From: Tubiluchus corallicola
Taxonomy: Eukaryota; Animalia; Priapulida
Reading direction: 5' to 3'
Assembly (NCBI GenBank): GCA_030141605.1
Contig: JAQGDQ010000062.1
Span: 496,001-560,000 of the forward strand
Length of the DNA: 64,000 nt
A model generated the notes under the pieces. The model worked only from the letters and a program-made list of their open reading frames with translations, did no database searches and was not told where the DNA came from. The position numbers were made by a program, and so were the translations under genes. Below, in pieces: positions 12,961 through 25,900 of the stretch (the stretch's first letter is position 1; the number at the start of each line of letters is the position of its first letter).

Positions 12961-14346
12961 TATAGGTAATAAAGCTTTTCGTTGAGGTTCCCCGACTGTT
13001 TGTTTATTACCTTAAAGCAATAGTAACTTATTATTAAATTTTGTTACTGTTCACCGACTGTGATGAAGCAGTTTTTAAATGGCAAAGTGTAAAGAGACTG
13101 GGAAAGAAACAGACACAGTTATCATGGAAAAGCCAAGCCGAAGACAAGCATATTGTGCCACACAGAATAACAAAATACCACGATTGCGGCTATCACATGT
13201 CAGTAAACATGTTTTTATGCCAAAAAATGCAAAAGAACTCATCTAACAGATTAGGCCTATAATGCCTAACAACTATTGAAATTAGGCTTTAATTGAATAT
13301 TTATTTTGAATATAGTCGCATACTTTACCATTTCAGCTTTTATTGTCAATAAATCACACTAAAATAAAGCATTAAAATAACTTTAACGGTTTAACATTTA
13401 GTGCAGTTTAATGCATGTTTCACAATGCTTCACCAAATCATTAATTTGCATTTTGGTAACAAAATGTTATAGCGCTATTGCTTAACTAAATCAAATAAAA
13501 AATTTGCCTTTTATAAGCTGGCAAAACTTTAATTTACCACAATAGTTTCAATGCTATCTCATTTGAGGTATTAGAACAAAAAAACTTTTGCATTTTATCA
13601 TCGGTAAAAAATTGCAAAGAATATTTACGACATACCTAAATTCGACAAGCAACATGATGCATGTAAAATAATAAATGTACCAGTACAACAGTTATAAGCA
13701 TTCCTATCAGTGTTCCATACAAAAAATACCAATAAATATATGATAGCAATAAATACAAAACTTTGCAAAATATACATACTGTATAAATATATAATAATTA
13801 TAGCTATAATAGTACTAAAACATGATCACATTAAAATACAGACCTAAGGTTATTATAAATGGACAATGCTTTTGCACAACATTAGAGTATAAAACATCAC
13901 AGTTAAGACAAAAACACACAAATACTTTGAATACTATTTCTATACCTACTAGCATCAGCAGTGATTCATGACATTTGCGTAGTATAAACCATACAAAAGA
14001 ACGACAGGCATAATAGCTAAAACCAGAGAAAACCTTGATGATTCTGTAACAAGTAATGAGTAACTTCAGATCCAATGTCAAGTATATATTAAGATACATG
14101 TTTGTATGACTATGCTAGTACGACTTTAATTTACGACATATATTACTTACAATATATATATATATATAATGTTGTATGACTATATAGATATACTGCATAC
14201 AAACTTTTATTATCATGCGATACACCTACGTGCGAATATTGATGTTGAACTAAAAACCCTTAAAACGTAATTCAAAATTATACACTTATTCAGGCACTGA
14301 TATGCGTACATGTAATTGAGATTTATTACAGATATTAAATGAAAGA

Positions 14347-16987
14347 TTAAAATATTGTTCGTTTGCTAGATGTAGGTTTTCCAGAAACATTTGCAGCAGA
14401 TCTGTCATCAGAAATGTCTCCGCTATCCACAGCAACTGTAGAATTGCCTGTTAACAGAAACCAAAGCAGGGAGATAATTGCAGGCAGAACAACAGCAACA
14501 GCAACAGGCAACTGCAACCACAACAGTAACAATAACAACAGCAACAATTAAAACGATTTCTGAAGGTCTTGGTTCTGACTATTTTATCAGGAATGTTATA
14601 AGATTACCTTTTATTTCTACAACATTTTACAATTTACCCAAAAAAAAGATCTTTGCAATTTTTTGAGAAGCAGTAGAAAACTTGGTCCTAGTTAAATCAG
14701 AAAGCTTCTAAATATCGTAGTTTAGACGTTTGTGAAGAAAGTAACACAAGGGTGTGACTAACCAGTAATAGCGAACTAAATATCAAGTAATCATTAAAAT
14801 TTTGCTATTAATATACAAATAATTTTAATAGATTAAGCATCCATTATTGAAAATATCAATAAAACACAGATTATGGACGGATACATGGATGAATTAATGA
14901 AAAATCCTGCTTTTGTTTTAAAAGCAAAACAGATATTTGTATACAAAGACATACAAAGAGGCTACCATACTGACAGGGTAATTTAAGAGTGTTTTTGAAA
15001 GTTGTTTAAAAAAGTGCCATGAAAAAGCTAAAGCACCTCGTGAGGACCGTCCACTTGCTGTGCTTGCAAAACTTTCTTGTGATTTTGATCGTTTGTATTT
15101 GCCCCTTGGAGTCTTTTGTTTGTTTGTGTGCTTGTCTTTACGTGCATCTCCTTTTGCGAAGTTGCTACTAGAAAAGCAAAACAAAAGCATGAAACAGGCA
15201 TCAATGGACAAACGTTTGTTTACAGTCCCTGGAACAAATTGCCCAAACTTAAAGGAAAGGCCAAGCCTTCTAGGAGGTTAGGCTTATTTGTATGTTCGCA
15301 AAAAATGTTAGAAAGATTTAGTAATAAAAGCGCCTCGTGTAATTAGTAAAATCACTTTAAAGTCGCGACCAATTCATGCTTGGATGCTCCCATTTTGACG
15401 CTATCGTTCTTCTTCCAATGACGTCATTCATCCTGAAGAAAAGTAGTGCACTGTCAATCTTCGTCAAAGGTATAAAAAGTTTTTTACAAAAAACATTAGG
15501 TAACTAATTTTGTAATATTTTTGCATGAACCTTAGGCAAGCTGCAGAAGTTTGAATTAGTTTAAGCAGCGTGCGCTTGCGGAAAGCCAAGATATGCTTAC
15601 GAAAAGTCATGAAATCCCCTAGTTACGTCATAATTTTCAACTCCTTAAAACATAAAAATTTCAAGTGTACACCGTTTACCAATTTCTAAAAAAAACTGAT
15701 TAAGAACAAACTGACAAACTGTTGAGACTACCTTCCAAAAATAATGAAAATAGAGAAAATGATTTAAAATGTAAATGAAGTATATAAAATAAAGCACACT
15801 AACACCACAGAATTAAGCTTTTGTAATATCAGACAATTTTGGACCAAACTGAAACTACCTAGCAATACCAACTGAACCTATTTAAATGGCTTACTTGTGC
15901 TCATGCCTCTGCATTAGAAGAAATATTATTACTATTTTGTTGTAGCAAAAAACAGATGCTTTCGTGACGTTCTGCCACCTGTCTCACTTGGTTTCACAGG
16001 TAAGTTGGCTTGAGTAGCAGCAGCAGGGGCGGAACTAGATGTGGGAAGCAGGGGGGGGGCACAAAAATTTTCTGGGAGGGCGAGGTATCCGAAGTGGTTA
16101 AATAATATATAAGTTAATTTTTAACCCCTTTTATACTGCATGCAGGCCTATAATTAGCATGTGTGTAGGATGGCGTAGCGGACAGAGCAATAATGAGAAA
16201 ATTAACTCTCAGTTAACCTAACGTTATTAATGCGCCTCTAACTAAATTGTTATTTACAGAAATTTATCACACACAAGTTGTAAGAAAATAATACGCAGGA
16301 AATAATGTCAAAATGAAATGTGGAACGATACTTCCTTGGACAAAAAAGTCTCGAATTTCAGCATGGTACCGCTGCTACACCAGCGTCCTATAGCTGTGCA
16401 CACAGACCTGTTGGCCTGTGTGTAGAGCCTGTGACTGTGTGCGGTCCCTGTAGGCCTACACTGTGATAGGCACCTCTATGCACACTGAGTTTTGTCTGCA
16501 CGCACACTGAAGCTACCAAGCATTTTTTTACCTAATTCCAATTCATATTGAAAATGATTACATGCGAACTTAGGAAAAAAATTATTTGTCCGATTTTGCA
16601 GGGGGGCGCAAATTTTGAGAGGGGGCGCACCCCCCTCGCTCCCCCCCTAGTTCCGCCCCTGAGCAGCAGTCATTGTCTAATATTGACAATATTCCAGGAA
16701 TATTCCAGGAATACTGATATTTTGCTACAAGTTTTATGGAATTTTGCTACTCAATCTATTTTGCAAAAAATAATACTCAGCTGTATAAAGTACATCTGTT
16801 TCTGACACCACACAGGTTAATATCATACCTGCCAACCTGACTTGCATCTCCTCCTCCTGTCTCGCTAAGACGTAACATTTCTTGTTGCTCGGACAGAGAA
16901 GCTCGTTTCCTTTTCTCCAGCTTTTTACCATTTGGGGTCCGGCCTTTAGACTGCTGTTCAGAATGACTAGAAATTACTTCAACAGAT
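14347..16987 (-). CDS. Three probable extra 3' exons encoding a basic, Ser-rich C-terminal tail of the SERINC protein
   Basis: Donor GTATGT after 17746 (phase 2), then 16987-16829 ([52 protein letters not shown], phase 2), 15167-15037 ([43 protein letters not shown], phase 1) and 14447-14347 ([32 protein letters not shown]). Acceptors are pyrimidine-rich, there are no stops and phases chain. The donor after 15037 (GTGCTT) is weak. Confidence 0.65.
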
Positions 16988-19900
16988 CTACAAAAAGCAG
17001 ATATTCAGCAAGTAATAATACAATACAAAGAGCAGAAGGCTTGAATGGTAAAATTTGTTTTCCAGTTACAAAAAATTGGCACAGCTGTTACACTTATACA
17101 AAACGTATACAAAAATTAATGTATACAAAAATTCGTTGAAGCCTTCTGCAGACATTAATGTGATGGACCATGCATCTGTCATGTAGTAATGTAGATACTT
17201 GCAATGTCAATTTTTGTGATTTTATTGGGTAAAATATACCATGCATTTGTATTGACTTGCTTTTGCAATAATCTGCATGCTTGAATATGGTTAGCAAAAG
17301 AAACAGTCTGGAGTTTTCAAATATAAATGCAGCTCATCACTCTAAACTTTAATGTGGTGTCTTACATGCACACATACAAGAACATGACCCCTTATGTTAC
17401 TGTAAGATAACAAATTTATAAATAACGCTTTTTTAAAATGTTATTGCTTATTGACTACAAATTTTGATACAGAAGATTGTTTTACACGTGAAAAGGTTCA
17501 GGTTTTAATTCCGCAAAAAGTGAGAAGCAGTCAGCATGTAATTAACAATAAAACAAATTCGATTGTTAGAACAACATTTGATTAAAAAAACTGAGCAAAA
17601 ACTGAACAAGACATAGTATAATGCTTATTGAGTAGCTTGCTAAACACAATCGAATGTGTGTAATTTTAAATATATGCAAGTTTATTACACAGTTTATTGC
17701 ACTAATGAACCGGTAAGTACATGCAAAAAAGTTAACATAACATACTGTAACTGTTCATCTTGAAGTCTTTCTCGTGGCGTTCGAGCAATGTTACGCTTCG
17801 GACAACAACTCGGTGAGATAAGTGTCCACAAATAAATAATGAAACACATCCAGCTCGAACCCATGCGAACCCAGACCGTATTCCAGTCTTTGCCAAAAGT
17901 AAATATACTAGCTTCTTTTGGACTAGAAGAAACATAAAGACACTAGATGTGACAAAGTAAGCTTTACGTGCTAACATGTAAATGTGAATCCAAAGAATTA
18001 CATAACTTGGCAAACACTAAATTGTATCTCACATGTAGGCATTTGCACCTGAAAGTTTTTCAATAAAAATACATTTACCCTAGGTCTCCACTAGAAGAAT
18101 CCCGTCGGTCTTACTATGTGTGCTTTTATATACATTATAACCTACACACTAATCTTGCAATAACAGGCATTATTACAGAGAAATAACGAGAGAATAATTA
18201 TTTTTATACCTAAATTATGCATGTGAGCACATTTTAAACACCACTTATTAGTCTTACCACTTGTTTTGTATATTCTCCATCAAAATAAATTCATTGAATT
18301 ATTCATAACATTTGTATTTTCTTTTACTTGAGTTTTGATGAACTGGCATTAAGCTTTTACCGCTTTCTACGAAAAAAATGAAAAACTTAAAACAATTGCA
18401 CATCTATCTAAAACAAAACAACAATGGGCCTCTTTCTCTACAAAGATAACTTATACAATGATTATGTGACAAATATTTTGGGAAAATTCACAGATAAGAC
18501 AAAGGAAAGTAAAAGTGGCAGTGGTGCTAGGACAAGCTTACTTAAACCAGTTTGTGAGTTGCATCATCAGGTAGAAAGTACCCAAGCAGAAGACGACATG
18601 AAAAAATGAGTAACTGTAGATGACACCCAATGCTTCATTTCTCTTTATCGGCTGACCTCCAGATATTGCAGATGGCTCTACAAATGTAATAAATGAAAAT
18701 ATACAAAATTTGTAAACTCAAAGAGAAAGAAAGATTTAGACAAAAAGTAAGCAAAGATGTCGCAAGTACACGCAAAGATATTCCTGACATAAGAAAGTAA
18801 AAATGTTAACGTTAAGATAAGTAGAAACAGCAAATTAAAGGAAATGAAAGCAATTACGAGAAAGAGCAACAAGAATGATTCATTACTTCAGAACCACTGT
18901 AACTCAAAATGTTGGAATTTTGCTTTATGAAATTCTTGTAATATTACGGCAGAATGACCGAGTAAAATTAAATGGAAATCATACCTCCACTGTGACGACA
19001 ACAACAACATTCATCGGATGGGACATTGACTGGTATACCCAATCTCTCAGATGATCGAGAAGTAGTAATACTGTAATGTAACAAATCAATAGTGTATTAC
19101 ATGCTTAGAGATTTAGAGTAGTAAGAATAATCTCACATTATTTACACATTAAAATAGAAATTACTCTCAGCATGCATAATATTAGAACACTAAAAGAAAA
19201 ATAATCTATAGCAGTCTGTAGTATAGGCTTGTTGTAGCTAATCGAATAAACCAACCAACATGGTGAAAGCTCTATCGAAACAATACTGTCAGTGAATTGG
19301 CAAACACTAGTCTCTTTGTTTATTTTCAGATTAGCCAATCAGCAATGCTGAAGTTTTGTAAGCATTTTCTTTCTAGAGTAAAGTAAATCACTCAGCACAG
19401 CTGCTTTAGCTAACTGATTTCAGTATCAATGTTTCACTTGTACAGTACAAGGCAAAGCTGACATGCACTTCACAAGTGCATCGATAAGCAATAAAATTTT
19501 GACAGCTGACAGGTAAGATTCAATAGGAAGCCTTTCCACTTTAAGCTGCATGGCAATAGAGCCAAGTTTATCTGTGTGAAAGACAATAAGAACATTACAC
19601 TTTGTTTTACGAAGAAAATTACCAATTTAACAGCAGGTAATTTACCTTGAATATAAGACCGTTCCTATCATCACTGCTACACCAATGTATGCTACTACAG
19701 ACTTATCTAACCAACTAGATTCTGGTGGTCCACAGGAACTACTCAGTTGAAATATTTCATTCGGAATGAACTCTCGTATGTCGACCATAGTGGAGAACTT
19801 CTGCGATGCTGTCATTGCTATTTGCAAATATAAAAAACAGCAAAATGACGGTCAAAAATCAGAAAACACACAATACAAGCCAGTTACAATTGCTTAGTAA

Positions 19901-22900
19901 ATGCTTGCTTGCAGTTAGATTATGAAATTTGCACTGGGGTGGCTTGGTAATCTCCTTTTAAAAAGGCTAACTAACAGGACAGCTTTTAAATGTTAGTGTA
20001 GTTAGAACATTGAGATATCTATTCTATGAACACTGCTTCTTGGGACGGACATTCCCTTACAAGTGAATTTTCATTGCTGTACTTACAGCAGTACGAAATG
20101 ATACTCTAAACTCAGTACTTTTTCAAATTAACATTACTCACTTTACTGTAATATTATTATCATATTAAAGTCAATACTACAAACAGTAAGAGTATTGCTG
20201 GCTGGTGCAACTTCTTAATTAATTTTCTTTAATCATGAAATAGGAAATAAACAGAATCAATAAGACAATGAAAACTCACTCCCTTTATCAGCTTCGCAGC
20301 CATTGCTAAATAATGTAGCCTATGCTTTTTATAAAACAAAGCAGTTAATCCAGGAAATATGACCTTACAAGTTTGTATGCAAATTAACTCTATGACGATT
20401 CAAATCACAGCAAACTAGCTTGAAGAATACAAGTTGAAAATAATGCAGTAGAGGAAAACAGAACAGATGTGGTCGCTAAACAACAGCAAATAAAAAAAGC
20501 CAGTTACCTTCTAAATCAGGCAGCAATGGTTCTCCAGCTAATGCAGTCCAGGTTAAATACATAATGTAGGCTGAAATCATTGATGCTTGCAACAAACCAG
20601 AACGAGGATCTCCGGTACCTAGAAACAACATAGAAATCCCAGTAAACAAGCAATAAAGCAACTCTCAATTTCAACAAAAATGGCTTGTTTGTTTATAAAA
20701 TTATTTACTCATGTACAATAAACAATTAGGAAATATAAAAAATGAGCCAAAATAAAAAATGTAATAAGGATTAAAAGCACACAAAGCTTCTACAGCCTTT
20801 ACATACCTTCATCATTTTTGATGATGGCAGGAGCTTACCTGGAGTTAAGCTAGTAATAATCAGATAGTACATTCTACGGTGGTTACTATAGATCTACTTA
20901 TGTTTCATAGGTGGCGTATACCTTCCTGCATATGTCAGTGTCTTCCCAAAAATCTTTTTAAAAAATGGCTAAAAAATCAACTGGCTTGCGCATTTGGTCT
21001 TTTTAGAAACACTTCCTGTGGGTTGAATAGTGGTCATTTCCAAGACATTTTGACCAAAACTTCATACTACACATGACAATTGTTGTTACATCAAGGATTA
21101 CCCTCTGTTGCACAACACATAATTACACGACAGTATAATCTATTGACTTATTACAATCATTAATAAGCGCATCCTAACAGAGACAATGTGAAAATGTTTG
21201 TATTATAGTAAATAATAATAATTTCATTTCACTCCCGATAATGTGCAAAACTTCTTTACTGGGCTTTTTCGAGCACATAGCAAAAATTTATTGAACAGAT
21301 CTGCATCAATGTCAGCTTTCCATGAGAGAGCGTAAAATTTCATTTCACATTATTATTAAAAAGCAGGGCACAATAACTCAGTTTCATCACTTACTGCTCA
21401 ACTAAATATTTTTTCAGTAAAAAGTATGTGATGTCAGTAACTTAGCTTCCTTCAGTCACCCAAGTATTATTATCTGATTTGTGGTGATTTTTATTTAGCT
21501 GCTTGTAATTCTCACATAAATAAATTATCAAAGGTTTACCATAGATTATAGTCTATAGATTAATGATGCCCTAAAAGCACTACATGAAATACATTCATAT
21601 AAAAAGTTGGGCCTTAAAATTCAACTGGAAACCATGGCACAACTATTAGTGAGAAAATTCATTTCTGAATTAACTAAACATATGAAGCTTATTTCTAACA
21701 CTAAGTGATAAATGTGTTGACTCTAGAAGAACTACTAACAGTCACTGAAAAATAGATCTTAATTACTTAAATGCTCTTAAAAAAGAAAGAGTGAAACATG
21801 CCAAGAAAAAACGATGCATGCAATCCGTACAATAAATATTTATCACAAAACTCTTAATAATACTTACTTTGGACAACACAAGGCAGCACGGATACCAGTG
21901 ACAAAATCATACAAAGAAAGGCATTGAGAGATATGAACACCTTGTTGATAAAACACTCATCTTTTGCAGTGTAAAATGCAAATAGGATAACTGTAGCAAC
22001 AACACATCCAGCATATAAAAATAAAGCCATCAGCACCATTACTATAAAATAAAAAATAAGTATAACCAAAATTTCATCCAGGACATACGATCTCATACAT
22101 TTGTATGCAACATCACTCTGTGACGAAGTTTTGAACTACCTTAACAGTTAAATATGATGGTATTAGCTTAAATTTCTGAAACTTTTGTATGAAAATTACC
22201 TCTTTACAAGTAGTAATGGCAGATCATTTTATTTCCTAATAAAGACTAATTCTTGTAAGTATAGGTTCAATTAACTCAATCATTTATGACAAGTAAAGAG
22301 ACCTGCCTGAAACAATGGTGAAATAAAGTGAAATGAAAAAAGACCAACTCGTAAAATTTTTACTAACGTTTCAGGTCACACGAAATTTGTTTGCTTACAA
22401 TTTTAAGCTTAAGTACTTAATGTGTGTAAGATGATTGTTGCAAATTAGTAATATAAATTTAAACTATGCTATTTATCATTCCTTACCATTTCCTGTCTCT
22501 AAAATTAACCTTGTACCTTCTTCTAAAAGAAAGGAGATTACGACTCACTGTAGGTGATTTGCAATGTCAAAGCAGGTTAATGTTGTGAGATGCAAAATTG
22601 CAAATCTGGAGATTTTTCAAAAAAACTGAAAACCCGGAAATTCTAAGTCGCAAATATCGCACAAAAACTAACTTCAAGGTTTGAGTTAGAGTTGGCCATT
22701 TGACTAAGAAAAATGAGCTTCTTATTTTCGACCTCAGAAAAGTTACTAGCTCACAATTACTTTTACGTGTTGTAATCGTAGTTGCTTTATTTTAAATATT
22801 ATTCTTTTGTGCTCAACTTCTGACAGATGCGAGAATTGTAGAATGTATCCATAGATACATTATTCGGTATCAGCTAATCAACAATATCAGCTTTTGAGTT

Positions 22901-25900
22901 CAGTGTATGTACAAATTTAATTTTGAATAATTGAATAACTAATGATTCTAACAATAACCTTGCTAAAAACTAATGATAAAACTAACTTTTTCTTTCTATG
23001 TGAAGACTAAGTGCTATGATTTTTAATTATAACATCTTACAAGAAAACCAGCCACAGTGTGAACCACCCTTGACCATTCGGGAAATTCTGAAAAAGAAAA
23101 CTGCATAAGGAAAGTGAACAAAGACAAAAAACCTACAAAGAGAGCAAAAGTAAATAACAGTCATTCATTTCCAAAAACTTGAATTTTTCATCGTTTGTTT
23201 TATGAAAAAGGTAGCCTATTTCACATATGTTCACTACGAATTCATAACAGAGTTCATAATGAATCTACTGAAATACCTTTGTTCAGTGGTGCAAATGTTC
23301 AGTTCATATAAAATACGTATTTTTATACGGACAGTGTATCTCAATGAATATATACAAGTTTATTCTATAAATAATATTATTTAGTTATTTTACATAAAAT
23401 AATAGCCATACAAAAGTGCAACAATAAAAATAAATACAAATACAACAAATAATGCTAATAAAGTGCCATAAAAATACTAGTACTTATAGTTTTACTTTTA
23501 AATCTCTTGCCAAAGCATAACTTTCATTAGACACCACTCAGAAAATCAATTTGTAATGCATAATTCTAAGCACATTTGTTTCAAAACATAATTCTTTTGG
23601 CTCAAGTAAGTTAGCATAATAGTACTAAAAATTTTCCTTTCAGTTTTTAATCCTTTTTGCAAACACTAGTCAATGACACAAAAAAATCTCAGCAACCAGT
23701 ATAGAAACTGATCAGCTCACAATATGGCGAAATTGCTTATATAAATTTTATCGATAAATATGAAAAACCAAAAAAGAATGCTATTATGAGAAAGTCGACT
23801 TACATTTTATCATTAAGAGAATGAGCAAAATCAATTATGAGCACTAGTTGAAGAAAAATAAATAAAACAGCTCCAACAGCACCAATGTACATCCACACTG
23901 AAATAACAAGTATAATAGCAATTATTACTAAAGCTCTCCAACAGAGAAAGCACCATTTGGCATCAGATAATTCATACAGTCACACAGAGCGATTTTGTAA
24001 ATGGCTTTAGTATACTTATGTTAATTTTGGTGTTGTACTTGCCATGTAATTAGAATGTAAAAAGACAAAACAAAATTTATGTACAGGCACTTGTTTATGC
24101 TATGTTTGTATATAAGATGACAATCTTTTACCAGCAATTAATAATTTAATTTAAGTCCTTTTCACAGGACAGTTTGGATGTGACTGCTGCCGCTTTCACA
24201 AAAAAACCCAGTAAACTCATTTTTGGTGAATGGGTTCATCTACTGCAGTCTCAAACTTTTTTATATCACGGCATTCTTAGTATCAAGCTGCATATTATCA
24301 CCAAACAACTCGATGATCTGAAGCTTCTTAAAAGTAACTGGCAAATTAAAAAGCCTTAGTAAGTTCACAGATAGGGTCTCTTTCAGCAAATCAGTAAGCG
24401 CATTGCAATTAGGAAATTAGAAGCTTCTGCACAGACTAATACACAGAATACATACCGAGTCCATTACATGCAATAAAGCAATAACTATGACCTTATAACT
24501 GCAGCAGTTTGCACTAGGTTAAACGTTTGACAGCTCTGTCTCATTTGAGTGCATGCAGGAACCTAGTAAATCCCTTTTTGAAGCTTTTTGAAAACGATCA
24601 GCATGCACGGGAGGCGCATTTTCAGTTCCAATTCAATGAAACTTAGTTATGTTCATTAATCTAAAATTATTTTAAATATTTGTTTCTTTCTTTCACAAAA
24701 TAATAAAGCACATTTAATGTATATTCATTCCAAATATAATCAATTAAATCAGTGCTTCTTGGCATATGAAAACAGCTATTCCTATTTTTGTCAAAACTAG
24801 ATAAAGTGGACTTATTAGGTATTTCCAGAAAATGGGAGATTAATATCACATTTTTACAGAGTTTAGCATAGTTTTAAATCATTTACAAACAACTGTTAAA
24901 GCAGTACTATGTGTAACAAGCAAAAAAATAAACAATCAAATATTTTCAAAGTCAATTACTCCTTCACAGACGTATCTTGTTGCAGAACAGCTACAACAAA
25001 ATTTTTCCAAATTACATTATAGACAGTCTAGTCACTAACTATGTCTTTCCTTTTATATTAGATTCCCTCTTGGCTCTTTTCATCACTTAGTGGTGTCCAT
25101 TACGTTAGAGAAACATTTCGTAAATTCATAGCAATTATTTCATTACCTGCCATAATTGGGTTAGCGAATGAACTTGGAATAAGGAAGACACCAGCAATTA
25201 AGCCACCAAGTGCGAAAAACTTGAGCAACCAAAATCTGTAAAAGGTAAGTCATTTAAAAAAAAGTACATTTGTTGTGAAAGATCACACAAAAACATACAC
25301 CACAACCTAAAAATCAATAATCAACACAAGAAAACAAAATGACAGGAAATTACACTTATTTTCTAAATAAAAATTGCTCAAACAAACGAGATTTTATTTA
25401 ACAACTAAAGCAGTAATAAGCAGAGCTCACCTTTACTTGTTTTACATTTTTCTGAATTACCTTTTATTTTATGTAACTCACCCATTATGTATATTTGCTC
25501 TCCAGCTTCTACTCGTTGACACCCACATGGTAAGGACAGACATAAGAAAGAAAAAAATAACCATAGCAAAACAGAGACGATAAACTGCCATGTAACCAGT
25601 TAAGCGTTCGCAGTTTGGTTCAGCTTTTAGCTTGATACATGTTGCATTAAAGAAAGACACCTGTGACAAACAAAATGTAAGAACATAAATTCACATCACA
25701 AATTTACAGTAAGGATTACAGCAAGATAGGCAAAACATCATAGCTCCATTACTTTCTGAACTTGAAGCAACTTTCAAGGCTGTTTTACAAACTAAGAGCT
25801 AATCACACTTTTTAGTCAGCAAATTCTAAAATACTAGATGTCATTTTCAAGATACCCACAGAAAAAAACTAAAAAAACTAAAGAACTGAATTTGTATGTG

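Noticed and set aside
15894-16690. Possible extra SERINC tail exons (a 14-nt microexon near 15895-15908; an SETGGRTSR-like frame split by the MITE)
   Set aside because: Phases are incompatible with the flanking exons and the frame ends in a stop.
20839-20849. 11-nt microexon-like string with a strong donor (CCAG|GTAAGC) in a SERINC intron
   Set aside because: Weak pyrimidine tract, frameshifting with an immediate stop, and exons 7 and 8 join cleanly without it.
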